A stretch of DNA of 64,000 nt from the IMG/VR virus record IMGVR_UViG_2822120212_000001, positions 1-64,000 of that record; one strand, written 5' to 3'. The position numbers and the translations under genes were made by a program. The stretch comes from an uncultured virus (IMG/VR IMGVR_UViG_2822120212_000001) (taxonomy: Duplodnaviria > Heunggongvirae > Uroviricota > Caudoviricetes). Below, piece after piece: positions 20,554-30,851 of the stretch (position 1 is its first letter; the number at the start of each line of letters is the position of its first letter). The notes under the pieces are model-generated. The model was not told the origin of the DNA. It was given only the letters and a program-made list of their open reading frames with translations, and searched no databases.

Positions 20554-20777
20554 TGTTTAAAGTTCCTGTTAGAAGACAAACTCAAATTGAAATGTTAATA
20601 GCTACAAACGATTTGATTGAACGAGGATTTGATTTCCTAACACCAATCAAACCGGTATATAAGAACGGTAAGTTCTATGAGCAAAGCGGCAGAAGTTTTC
20701 AAGGGAAACATGAATTTAGGGCAATCGGCTACACGGATAATGTCAGCTACGAATGTTGGATGAAGAAGGTGAACTAA
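20553..20777 (+). CDS. Hypothetical phage protein
   Basis: Translationally coupled ORF in the operon. Confidence 0.65.
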   Translation: MFKVPVRRQTQIEMLIATNDLIERGFDFLTPIKPVYKNGKFYEQSGRSFQGKHEFRAIGYTDNVSYECWMKKVN

Positions 20778-21899
20778 ATGGCAGATGTAAAATGGATAAA
20801 ACTCTCTACTAGCATGTTTGAAGATGAAAAGATTCGATTGATTGAAAGTTTACCAGATGCAGACACACTACTAATCATTTGGATTAAGTTGTTGTCTCAA
20901 GCGGGCAGAACAAATGCCAATGGTTACATTTTCTTGAGTGAAAACATTCCTTTCACAGAAGAAATGCTTTCAACACTTTTTAATAGACCGATAGCAACTG
21001 TGAGACTTGCATTACAAACGTTCAAACAGTTCGGAATGATAGACATCACTGATGATCAGTACATATGCATCTCGAATTGGGAAAAGCATCAAAACGTTGA
21101 TGGATTAGAAAAAATCCGCGAACAAAACAGATTACGTAAGCAAAAACAAAGAGAGAAAGAAAAACAGTTTCTATTAGGGAATGACATGGGTACATGTGCC
21201 TATTGCGGAAATGTAGCAAAAACACTAGATCATCTAATTCCTAAATCGCATGGTGGATTGGATACTCAAGAAAATTGCGTAGCGTGTTGTAAACGATGTA
21301 ATGAAATGAAAACAAATCGTCCTTTAGAAGTCTTTCTTAATGAATGTTTACTGTTAGGAACACCGGTGTTGGATTTGAAGTCGGTTTTAAATAACAAGAA
21401 AATCATGAGTTTAGTTGACTATCAAGACGGAAAATTTTTACGTCCTGTGACAGGTCACGTGACACGTCACGGTAGTCACGCAACAGATATAGAAGAAGAT
21501 AAAGAATTAGATAAAGAAAAAGATAAAAAGAAGAAAGAAAAAACTTCTCGTCACAAGTTTGAAACTTGCGACATCAACGGGGCTAAGTATTTGTTTGAAA
21601 AAATTAAGGGTAACAATCCTAAACAAAAAGAGCCTAACTTCGATACTTGGTCTAATGATTTTAGATTGATGCGTGAAAAAGATAATCGTGAATTACAAGA
21701 GATTAAAGATGTTATTGATTGGTGCCAAGCAGATCCGTTTTGGCAGGGGAATATCTTATCCGCTAAAAAGCTACGTGAAAAGTTCGATCAATTGACAATT
21801 CAAATGAATTCTAAAAAGGGAGCGAAGAGCAATGCAGAGAGCGGCAGCAGCAATACCAACCGATATAGCCAAAAAGGTGAATATGACTATGGATTCTGA
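20778..21899 (+). CDS. Phage replisome organizer/initiator with an in-frame HNH domain
   Basis: WIKL..MFEDEKIRLIE N-terminus; CAYC..DHLIPKSHGG...NCVACCKRCN; C-terminal FWQGNILSAKKLREKFDQL. Confidence 0.9.
   Translation: MADVKWIKLSTSMFEDEKIRLIESLPDADTLLIIWIKLLSQAGRTNANGYIFLSENIPFTEEMLSTLFNRPIATVRLALQTFKQFGMIDITDDQYICISNWEKHQNVDGLEKIREQNRLRKQKQREKEKQFLLGNDMGTCAYCGNVAKTLDHLIPKSHGGLDTQENCVACCKRCNEMKTNRPLEVFLNECLLLGTPVLDLKSVLNNKKIMSLVDYQDGKFLRPVTGHVTRHGSHATDIEEDKELDKEKDKKKKEKTSRHKFETCDINGAKYLFEKIKGNNPKQKEPNFDTWSNDFRLMREKDNRELQEIKDVIDWCQADPFWQGNILSAKKLREKFDQLTIQMNSKKGAKSNAESGSSNTNRYSQKGEYDYGF
21448..21481. repeat. GTCACG/GTGAC repeats, likely lytic origin iterons
   Basis: GTGACAGGTCACGTGACACGTCACGGTAGTCACGC inside the initiator gene, followed by an A-rich tract. 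Confidence 0.6.
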
Positions 21900-22641
21900 T
21901 GTGTGCGATACACATGGAATGAATAAGATGAAGTTCGGTGGACAAGTTGTTTGCCCTCGATGCTTCCTTGAAAACGAAAGTAATAAGCTTCAGCAACAGG
22001 AACAAGCGAAATATGATGCGGATAAGGCGAATGAGAAGAAGTTCATGTTCCATCAACAAAGTTTGATCGCCGATAGCAACATTAAGAAAGCTAACTTTGA
22101 TAACTATCAACCTACTAGCGAGGAAGGAGCGAAGAACCTAGAACTCGCAAAGGTCATCGCAACAGATTACCTCAATAGAAAGGTATTTAATACAATTATG
22201 GCCGGGAATTGCGGAGCAGGGAAAACACATCTTGCTTACGCTATAGCGGAAGAACTTGCAGGTACGGGGATATCAGTTGTCTTCGTCACAGTTGGTGAAT
22301 TGCTACGGAAGATTAAAAGTACGTTTAATAAAGATTCCTCCTTAACTGAGGATTCAATCATTCGAACGCTAGTAAGAGCAGATGTATTAATAGTCGATGA
22401 TTTGGGAGCAGAGTTAGGGGCCCTCGATGCGAATACAAAGGCAACAAACTTCATTAATAGGGTATTATTTGATGTTTTTGATGGTAGGCAGGGTAAATCT
22501 ACCATATTCACGACAAACCTCACAGGAGAGCGTCTAGAAGGCGCATATGATGAACGAATTGTATCACGTATCTTCAATAACTTTAGAGCGATTGTTTTCA
22601 AAGATACAAAGGATTACAGAAGAAAAGCATTGCCATTTTAA
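21832..22641 (+). CDS. DnaC/IstB-like helicase loader
   Basis: GNCGAGKTHLA, IVDDLGAE, TIFTTN. Confidence 0.9.
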   Translation: MQRAAAAIPTDIAKKVNMTMDSDVCDTHGMNKMKFGGQVVCPRCFLENESNKLQQQEQAKYDADKANEKKFMFHQQSLIADSNIKKANFDNYQPTSEEGAKNLELAKVIATDYLNRKVFNTIMAGNCGAGKTHLAYAIAEELAGTGISVVFVTVGELLRKIKSTFNKDSSLTEDSIIRTLVRADVLIVDDLGAELGALDANTKATNFINRVLFDVFDGRQGKSTIFTTNLTGERLEGAYDERIVSRIFNNFRAIVFKDTKDYRRKALPF

Positions 22642-22656
22642 AAGGGGGAATAAACG

Positions 22657-22920
22657 ATGTGTGCATGTAATGGAACGGGAGTAATTAAGAACGATATGGG
22701 GAATGGCTGCTATCAATTTGCACCGTGTATTTGCGAAGCAGGGAATCGCAGTCCTGAAGAAGTGGATAGAAGACGTCATGCCGTTATGGCGGAACTAAGA
22801 GAAATTCATCAATTACAACTGGAGGGGAAATGGGATGCCACGACTTGGAACGGATTTGGAAAAAGAGAATTACACAATAGCAGCGCAACAAAGGAAGTAC
22901 ATGAAGAACTCGCGTCGTAA
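22657..22920 (+). CDS. Small Cys-motif phage protein
   Basis: MCACNGTG...PCIC. Confidence 0.6.
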   Translation: MCACNGTGVIKNDMGNGCYQFAPCICEAGNRSPEEVDRRRHAVMAELREIHQLQLEGKWDATTWNGFGKRELHNSSATKEVHEELAS

Positions 22921-23122
22921 TATGTATATCGCTTTAGAAGAATTGGACCTGGTGTTTGATGAGAGTGAAGTAATTCGATTACAAGAAATGTGGAGTGAGA
23001 ACAAAAATATCATTGAGATCGCAAGAGAGTTGGGGAGACATCAACTTGAAATCGCCGCTTTGATTATGGATCAGGCAGATAAAAACATTATTAAATCCCG
23101 TCCGATGGGGTTAGGGGCATGA
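22835..23122 (+). CDS. HTH-like phage protein
   Basis: IIEIARELGRHQLEIAALI. Confidence 0.7.
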   Translation: MPRLGTDLEKENYTIAAQQRKYMKNSRRNMYIALEELDLVFDESEVIRLQEMWSENKNIIEIARELGRHQLEIAALIMDQADKNIIKSRPMGLGA

Positions 23123-23388
23123 AACAACTAACACTAGAGGATGTTGTAGGAAGTTTTGATTACTCAGCGAAGAGCACGGCCGAGCGATTCCTTGCGAAAA
23201 CTAGCGTCATAACGACATACGAGGTTCACTTCTACGATCAAGACGAGCGACAAAAGATAGATTGGTTCGATGTTAAGAACGAGAGCGAAGCATGGAGTGC
23301 GGCAGTGAAAGAACATGGCAAGGGTATTCAGGAGATTGGGATAACTATCTCTAGTCGTACACGAGACGAAATTATGGCATTGGATTAG
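23119..23388 (+). CDS. Hypothetical phage protein
   Basis: ATGA-coupled ORF. Confidence 0.65.
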   Translation: MKQLTLEDVVGSFDYSAKSTAERFLAKTSVITTYEVHFYDQDERQKIDWFDVKNESEAWSAAVKEHGKGIQEIGITISSRTRDEIMALD

Positions 23389-23400
23389 GAGGGAATAAGT

Positions 23401-23679
23401 GTGAAATACAAACCTGTACCAACGTGGGAAGACTATGAAATAGCCAAGAGGAACGGAATTAGCAAAGTCAATGTAGATGCCCGTGTTCAATCCCTTAATT
23501 GGGATATAGAAAAAGCGATAACAAAGCCAGTGAATAAATTTGATAAATATTATGTGGATTTAGCTAAAAAGAATGGAATTGCATATCACACATATCTTAA
23601 GAGGCTGTCGCTTGGATGGAATGAAATAAAAGCAGCTACAGCACGGACACGGAAATATAAGAAGAAACAAATTAGCTAG
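23401..23679 (+). CDS. Tandem small-HTH repeat phage protein
   Basis: Two AKxNGI...R...W...A.T repeats. Confidence 0.7.
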   Translation: MKYKPVPTWEDYEIAKRNGISKVNVDARVQSLNWDIEKAITKPVNKFDKYYVDLAKKNGIAYHTYLKRLSLGWNEIKAATARTRKYKKKQIS

Positions 23680-23687
23680 GAGACAAC

Positions 23688-23816
23688 ATGAACGAGCTAG
23701 ACAGGTTAATAGAAAAATTGATTGATAGGCATGTATTTAAATTACCTGATGGCCGTGATTTATATGAAGGGTCATATGAGGAACTAAGGCGGTTATTGAA
23801 AGGAGATGAAGAGTAA
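23688..23816 (+). CDS. FbpA-like (Fur-regulated basic protein family) small protein
   Basis: LIEKLIDRHVFKLPDGRDLYEGSYEEL; AGGAG RBS. Confidence 0.6.
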   Translation: MNELDRLIEKLIDRHVFKLPDGRDLYEGSYEELRRLLKGDEE

Positions 23817-24226
23817 TGCAAGCAGTGGAGAATAGCGTTTATGAAATTACTAAGTTAATTAGCGATGCAAAGGGAGGTAAGTAATGAAAAAAGAAACTGT
23901 GTTGCAGGTGCAAAGTGAACTAGAGGTAGTAGAGAGTGAGATTCGTAAGCTGGAATATCACTTGGTGGGATTGGATAACGAGAAGCGGAAGACGAAGCTT
24001 TCCTTGGAAGTGTTGAAGAAACAGAAAGAGAAATTGAAAAGTTACTTATAAGGAGCGGGACAGAATGAAATTAAGATTAAAAATTAAGCGGTTGTATTTT
24101 ATAAATTGAACACAATAGTTATTTTACAGAAAAAGAACAGCTAGTAAAAACTAACTGCGTGGTTGATTAAACATAGATAATTTAGTATTTATATTTCCAT
24201 AATGAGATGAGTAATTCCTATTTTTA

Positions 24227-24982
<756 letters not shown>

Positions 24983-25101
24983 TATAATTCACCTCTAAAA
25001 GTTCGTATTACTAATAGTAAATGCAATGATAGAGCCAAGTGAAATGGACAAGCGGTTGTATTTTAAAAATTAAACAAAATAGTTATTTGAGAGAAAAAGA
25101 A

Positions 25102-25374
25102 TTATTTCAAATGTTGTAGTTGCGATTCAGCCATTCCTGCACCAATAATAGCACCAATAATTAATGCGCAAGCAATTAAAATACCTAAAATTATCAAAAT
25201 AGCAAAAGTGATTTTTTTCGCTGTATCTCCTTTCGGAGCAAGAATAGCTAAAACAATTGAGATAGATAGTATAAAAATACCAGTTAAAGAACCAAAGTGT
25301 ATATATCTAGAAAATAAACCGAAAAATAAGAATGCAGTTAAAAACATTGAAATGAAACCAAAATATTTTCTCAT
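25102..25374 (-). CDS. Small 3-TM membrane protein
   Basis: Hydrophobic ORF with TGGTATAAT promoter upstream. Confidence 0.65.
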   Translation of the reverse strand: MRKYFGFISMFLTAFLFFGLFSRYIHFGSLTGIFILSISIVLAILAPKGDTAKKITFAILIILGILIACALIIGAIIGAGMAESQLQHLK

Positions 25375-25482
25375 TGTTTTAGCCTTTCTTGAAAAATTAA
25401 TTATACAGATTATACCATTATCAAAGTGGATTGAAGTTGAATTTAAACAAAATCGTTATTTGAATAGAAAAGGAGATAGGGT

Positions 25483-25623
25483 TTACAAACCCATCTCTTC
25501 CAACAGAGATAAGTGCAGTTTTGCTTCTTCACAATTTGGATTAATGCAGTAATGAATAAACGAATGTTCATCGTGTTGTATGAGAGGTTGATCACAAGAT
25601 ACACATGTGTACGGTGAGAGCAT
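25483..25623 (-). CDS. 46-aa Zn-ribbon protein (MLSPYTCVSCDQPL...YCINPNC...)
   Basis: AAGGAGGT RBS, CxxC + CxxxxC; absent from the ORF track. Confidence 0.65.
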   Translation of the reverse strand: MLSPYTCVSCDQPLIQHDEHSFIHYCINPNCEEAKLHLSLLEEMGL

Positions 25624-26217
25624 TTTATATACCTCCTTACAGATTATGGGTTAATTTTAACACGGTTTTAGTTGGTTGAGGAGTAAGGAAAAAGCGTTAA
25701 TTTTTAAATAAAAAAAGAGCCCTGCGAGTAGGGATGCAGGGCTCCATAAGGTCGAGTTATGTCGTACTCACAAGGGATTTTAACATGAATGTTGTGGTAA
25801 ACATACTGGTAAATGTATCTAATTTACTTAGAGCTGATATTTTAAATGAAAACGCTTAAAAGGACCCGATTAGGGGTGCGGGTCCTTTTAATGAAACACT
25901 AAACTTTTATGGGATTACCAATACATTACCATAAAAGGGAGTTGGTTTCCATGTATTAGGTATTGAGAAATCTTTTTATAAATACTTCATTTTGTAGAAA
26001 TAAGAAAACTAAGAAAGAGCACCATGCATCAGTGCTCTTTAAGATAGGAGGTAACACTCTGAACGGCTAGATTAGAGATATATGATGTGAAAAAGAAATA
26101 AGAACAAAATTTTATTATAGACCTAATAAAAAAAGGCAGCTAGCAAAAGCTAACTGCTCCAATTATGGAATATGGTTAAGAAATGGGTTGTCTGCATTAT
26201 TGACGAAATATTTAGTT

Positions 26218-26628
26218 TTAAAACCAGTATTCATAAACATTTTCTGAATTTAATTTACGATTTAATACTTTTTTGTTTAAATTTTTGTTCTTATCTTTAT
26301 TGTCATATGAAGAGTTACTTAATAAAGATTGAACAGATGCATTAGAGTATTCTTCACCACTTTGATCATTAATAATCTTATTTTTTCGAATCCAATCCTG
26401 TATATCTTTAGTAGTGAAACGGTCTTTTAATTTTTTAGTTTTACAAGCATGTCTGATTTTATCAATTAAAGGAATAACTCTCGGCGCTACAGTGATGTTT
26501 AAGTCTTTTTCAATTAAAGATTGAATGTAACTTTGTAAGGATAAACCGTCGTTAGAAGCTTTAACAGATGCACCTTTATGTAATTCTTCAGGCAGTCTTA
26601 ATGAAAATGCTTTTTTCAAGTTAATCAC
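26218..26628 (-). CDS. HicB-like RHH N-terminus + unknown C-terminal domain
   Basis: FSLRLPEELH...LSLQSYI; TTGACG-N17-TACCAT promoter bracketed by a TCACGTAG/CTACGTGA inverted repeat. Confidence 0.7.
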   Translation of the reverse strand: MINLKKAFSLRLPEELHKGASVKASNDGLSLQSYIQSLIEKDLNITVAPRVIPLIDKIRHACKTKKLKDRFTTKDIQDWIRKNKIINDQSGEEYSNASVQSLLSNSSYDNKDKNKNLNKKVLNRKLNSENVYEYWF

Positions 26629-26741
26629 CTCCTCACGTAGTATGGTATCAAATGTACAAATTTACGTCAAGTAGTTCGGTGTCATTTCTACGTGATTTTT
26701 AAGATTTAAATAATCCTTTTAATAGAAAGCGAGGAATAACA

Positions 26742-27371
26742 ATGGGACAAGGTAACCGTGGAATGGCATTTGAAATGCTTATCAATCTAGCGAATGAAAT
26801 GTACCAACGCGAGGGAGTGGCACTTATAAACAAGCGTCCGACTCCTGTGAAGGTGTTAAAAAGTAAAGGTGGACGAGTATTAAACGGATTCTATGAAGCA
26901 AAGAGTACAGTAGACTATGATGGCGTGTATAAGGGACGAGCTATTGCGTTTGAAGCTAAATCTACGGAGAAGGACACACGTTTTGATTTAAAGAACATTG
27001 CGCAGCATCAATTGGATTATCTGGAGAAAGCAGAAAAGATGGGAGCAATATGCTTCTTCCTTATAGAGTTTAGTAAGGATAAGTCAGTATTTGCAGTACC
27101 ACTATCAATCATTCAATCTTATGTAAGGATGTCTCATCAACCGAAGGGCAAGAAGTCTATACCAAGAGCAGACTTTGATATTTATGGGTACTTAGTAGAG
27201 CAGACAGAACGAGCACCAGTTGATTACTTGCAATACATTGATGAAGCAGTAGTACCAGTTATGTTTGATGGAATGATTCAATTTGATCAGGACTATAAGA
27301 AAGTAGCAAATAACATTGAAGCAGCAAAAGAGAAGATGGCCAACAAGAAACGTAAATTATTAAAGGCTTAA
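26742..27371 (+). CDS. recU: Holliday junction resolvase RecU
   Basis: NRGMAFE, KRPTP, STVDYDGVYKG..FEAK. Confidence 0.92.
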   Translation: MGQGNRGMAFEMLINLANEMYQREGVALINKRPTPVKVLKSKGGRVLNGFYEAKSTVDYDGVYKGRAIAFEAKSTEKDTRFDLKNIAQHQLDYLEKAEKMGAICFFLIEFSKDKSVFAVPLSIIQSYVRMSHQPKGKKSIPRADFDIYGYLVEQTERAPVDYLQYIDEAVVPVMFDGMIQFDQDYKKVANNIEAAKEKMANKKRKLLKA

Positions 27372-27507
27372 TGGATAACAGAACCATGCAGAGTGGATGG
27401 TGGGGCTACTCGCTATGCATGGTTCCCTTATTCAACCATGAGATAGTAAAATTTCACGTACCTTATGTGATTTGAAAATAGTAAAATTAGAAATAGGGGG
27501 GTTACAG

Positions 27508-27891
27508 ATGGCGCAATTATCATTATTTCCAGAAATAAGCAACGAGGAATATAAGTTAATCCAAAAGGCAGTAGTGAAGGTATTGCAAGATTACAAGGCT
27601 CTATCAGTCCGTATGATGAACCAAAGTGAATGTGAAAGGGAAAGTATTCAGTTATTCCCGGAGCTGCGTGATACAAGGAAAATAAACGATTACAAGTACT
27701 TACAAATCAAAAGAGCGTTAGATCATTCATTAGATACTGAACAAAAAGAGATTATTGAGCGTAAGTATCTAAATCATGGGTTAATGAGTGATAAGGCGGT
27801 AAAGGCTCAAATGATGTTAGAAAACAATTGGTATTACTATCAGAAGAAAAATGCGATTATGGCTATTGCTACAGCATTGCGGATTATATAA
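27508..27891 (+). CDS. ArpU-family late transcription activator
   Basis: EIIERKYL...SD......YYYQKKNAI..IATAL. Confidence 0.85.
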   Translation: MAQLSLFPEISNEEYKLIQKAVVKVLQDYKALSVRMMNQSECERESIQLFPELRDTRKINDYKYLQIKRALDHSLDTEQKEIIERKYLNHGLMSDKAVKAQMMLENNWYYYQKKNAIMAIATALRII

Positions 27892-27905
27892 GGAGGATTC
27901 GAAGA

Positions 27906-28055
27906 ATGGAACTTCGCTATACACTATATTTAAATGGTAGTTTTTATGGATGTGGAACAATAGAGTATATTAATGAATTGATCAGTGATTATCTTATCAA
28001 TTGTAATATGTACGGAAGAAATGAAGTTGATTTCAGAGTTGAAAAGGTTGAGTAG
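27906..28055 (+). CDS. Small hypothetical protein
   Basis: AAGGAGG RBS, 49 aa. Confidence 0.6.
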   Translation: MELRYTLYLNGSFYGCGTIEYINELISDYLINCNMYGRNEVDFRVEKVE

Positions 28056-28060
28056 AAAAC

Positions 28061-28130
28061 ACGGATAAAATGCGGATAAAGTAACGATAAAGGAGCGGAT
28101 AAGCAAATGCGCGATTCGAATTATCATTAT
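28061..28130 (+). promoter_or_regulatory. Late promoter with phased GATAA repeats (putative ArpU sites)
   Basis: GATAA at 28064, 28075, 28086, 28098, then TATCAT -10. Confidence 0.65.
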
Positions 28131-28134
28131 CTTA

Positions 28135-28951
28135 CAAGCTTATTAAAGAGCTTTGGACAGTCCTTTGACAACCGCATAACGAAGAGGATTAGTACACCTA
28201 TAAGTGAAACGTTCTTATGCGAGAATGTCACGGTAACGTATACCGCATAGTAGGGCGGGCAAGGCGGTACGAACCTGCATTAAGACGATAAGACCAATGA
28301 ATGTATAACAATGACATATTCCAGTATGGCGGGTGCAAATTACTCGCATTCGTCATGCTGTTTCTATATTATGTTTAGTATTCAGCTCAGAATGCGTCCT
28401 CTGGGCTGATGGTGAACATAATGCCTTTCTATTCTTTGTTAACGTCGTTTCTTGAAAATGGAAATGGGGTGGTTGTTCTTGATTGGATGAACATCGCGTT
28501 TTTAAAAAGAAAAACAAGAATAAAGGGCTTCTTCATCAATTTGGACAGGCATTACACTTATAGCGATTACTCACGAATTTTCGCTATGCAGAGAGCTTCC
28601 GCTCTTTGTTTGAGCCAATTCAGCGGAAACATTCCCCTTCCGTACCTTTAGTGTATTGGTTCAAACAAGGCGTCGGAAGAAAAGTACACGTCTTGATATA
28701 AATTAAAAAACCTTTATAAGAGAGTTACCCCATAGCTCTCGAGTCCACGGTCTTAAAACGAGAAGATTCTTAGTCTTCTCCCAATCACCGAGCGTAAAGC
28801 GCGTAGCTAATAAGAGCTAAAAAATCACATGATGCGATGGCTTGGAGAAGGGTGAGAGTTCTCATCCTTAAATGAAGAGATACTTATTGCCATTTGTTTT
28901 CTCTCTTTTCTCCCATCCCCTTGAAAGCTGTCACTTTGGTGATAGCTTTTT
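28135..28951 (+). ncRNA. ~800-nt hairpin-rich non-coding late leader
   Basis: At least six long hairpins with G-U pairs on the + strand; ends in terminator 28924-28951. Confidence 0.5.
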
Positions 28952-29008
28952 GTTTTGTAGGATATTCTCTTTTTCTATCGAATAGATAGTAGGAAAGGGG
29001 ATGAGTGT

Positions 29009-29233
29009 ATGAGAGTGTTTTTTAGGAGCGAATCTGGAGAATTGATTCTTGATTCGAAAAATGAGGATGTAGCTAGTTTAATGGCTGTTTTGAAAGAAAC
29101 TAACAGTATTAAAATAGGTCTCTTTAATTATGATGTAAAGAATTATAAATTGGAGTATTATCGGCATTCCAAAAACGAGGAACCAGAAAAAGAACTAAAT
29201 ATCATTTTGCAACGTAACTATAATGATCAATAG
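29009..29233 (+). CDS. Hypothetical protein with a sigma-H-like promoter
   Basis: AGGA(28959)-N17-GAAT, RBS, own terminator. Confidence 0.65.
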   Translation: MRVFFRSESGELILDSKNEDVASLMAVLKETNSIKIGLFNYDVKNYKLEYYRHSKNEEPEKELNIILQRNYNDQ

Positions 29234-29569
29234 CATCCATAACGGGTGCTTTTTTCTTTGTTATATAGAAATTATATATTAACCACTAAGCATATAAAGA
29301 AATATGGAGCATAGAATGATATTGACACCACGATATTAGGATTATTGCTGCGTTTTAGTGTTACCCCTATGTTCACGAAAAGGCACCTGAATAAGGTGCC
29401 TTTTTGATGAACCATTTTAATAATGAAATCATATAGTATAGTGTAGGACAAGCTAACCGCTTATATCCTATTCAATGCTCATTGAGAAGCCATTCACATA
29501 TTTCAGCATCTACTGACGTGGATGCTCTTTTTTATTGAGAAAAACAGACATTTAATTAGAAGGGGAGTG

Positions 29570-29845
29570 ATGGGTATAACATTAGAAGAGTTAGAAAAGT
29601 GTTTTAATGAAGCTTTATATGAAGAAGCAGAGTATGTAGCTGTTCTAATTGAAATGGATGGAATTCCTAGCGATGAAGTAATTATTAACGACAAACATAA
29701 CATTGATTCTAAACTAGCATATTATAAGAAAACGTACAATGAAGATTTAGAACATAGATACACTCCAGGAATTCGTATTGTAGGTTTTGCGTATGGTTAT
29801 TCGTTCTCAGAAATCCTACGTCAATTAGGATTGTTGGTAAATTAG
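29570..29845 (+). CDS. Phage hypothetical protein
   Basis: GGGGAG RBS; EVIIN...KLAYYKKTYNEDL. Confidence 0.7.
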   Translation: MGITLEELEKCFNEALYEEAEYVAVLIEMDGIPSDEVIINDKHNIDSKLAYYKKTYNEDLEHRYTPGIRIVGFAYGYSFSEILRQLGLLVN

Positions 29846-29974
29846 TGATGAAACCAATAGTAATTATCGTAGGCGCTGCCGTGATCTGGGTGGCGTCTTG
29901 TTTGTTGTTAAGGAAAGATAAGGGGAGAAATAAAAAAGAGGACTAAAGCCCTCTTTTTAATAAATACCTAAGGT

Positions 29975-30112
29975 TTACGCACAAATTGGAATCCCTAATG
30001 CTATTAAAGTCAATGCTACTTGAAGAGAAAGTTCTAATCTAGCAATTTCGATTCCAGCAACTGAGACCACTAAAAAAGGTTGTCCATTAACGAACAAAAC
30101 ACAACTGTCCAT
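29975..30112 (-). CDS. DUF3956-like small protein (45 aa)
   Basis: AAAGGAGG RBS; MDSCVLFVNGQPFLVVSVAGIEIARLELSLQVALTLIALGIPICA. Confidence 0.65.
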   Translation of the reverse strand: MDSCVLFVNGQPFLVVSVAGIEIARLELSLQVALTLIALGIPICA

Positions 30113-30262
30113 GCTTACGCCTCCTTTCTAGCAATCTAATACAGTATATGAATAAAACGATAATATGTAATGGTTAAATTGATTAATTTAATAGAATTGA
30201 TAGATTTGTCTTGTTTTACAAAACAAACGAACACAACGAACGGAAATAGAGGAGGCGGAAAT

Positions 30263-30499
30263 ATGTTAGATAGTAAGACTAAAGAAGTAGTAGAAAGAGT
30301 GTATGAGCACGCTAAACAATTTGTCATTGAACATCAAAAAGTATCTGTTTCTTTCATTCAACGTAGATTTCGAATTGGTTACACCGCAGGGGCTACGATA
30401 GTAGAACGTTTAGAAGAAGAAGGTATTGTCGGTCCTGAAAAATCTAATTTACATTCAAGAGACGTATTAGTAAAAGAATATAGTCCGGGACAAAAATAG
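30263..30499 (+). CDS. Stand-alone FtsK/SpoIIIE gamma domain
   Basis: SVSFIQRRFRIGYTAGATIVERLEEEGIVGP. Confidence 0.85.
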   Translation: MLDSKTKEVVERVYEHAKQFVIEHQKVSVSFIQRRFRIGYTAGATIVERLEEEGIVGPEKSNLHSRDVLVKEYSPGQK

Positions 30500-30851
30500 A
30501 GATGATATACAAATTATATTTGTATATAGATATGTAGACGTATTTTTTGTATAAATTATAAATAGATATAATTATATATTGTTCTGTAAGAAGACTATAT
30601 TCTTCTCTATTTACCTATGTATACATTTTCACTAATTTATTATGAAATATACATTGATTTAAAGTGTATTAATTAAAGTATCAAATCCGTTGCTTTTTTT
30701 ATTTTACAAAAAAAGAACCCGCTGGAGTTCGGGTCCTTTTCAAAAGTGATGATGTTTTCTCGGATTAGGAAAGAGAAAAACACAAAAATATAATACATCG
30801 AGTTTGAGAGATTTTCAAGACTAAATTGGGGATTACCGCGAGGTGGTGAAT

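Noticed and set aside
21180..21440. Intein or intron explanation for the HNH insertion
   Set aside because: No C/S...HN splice motifs, no group I core, frame uninterrupted
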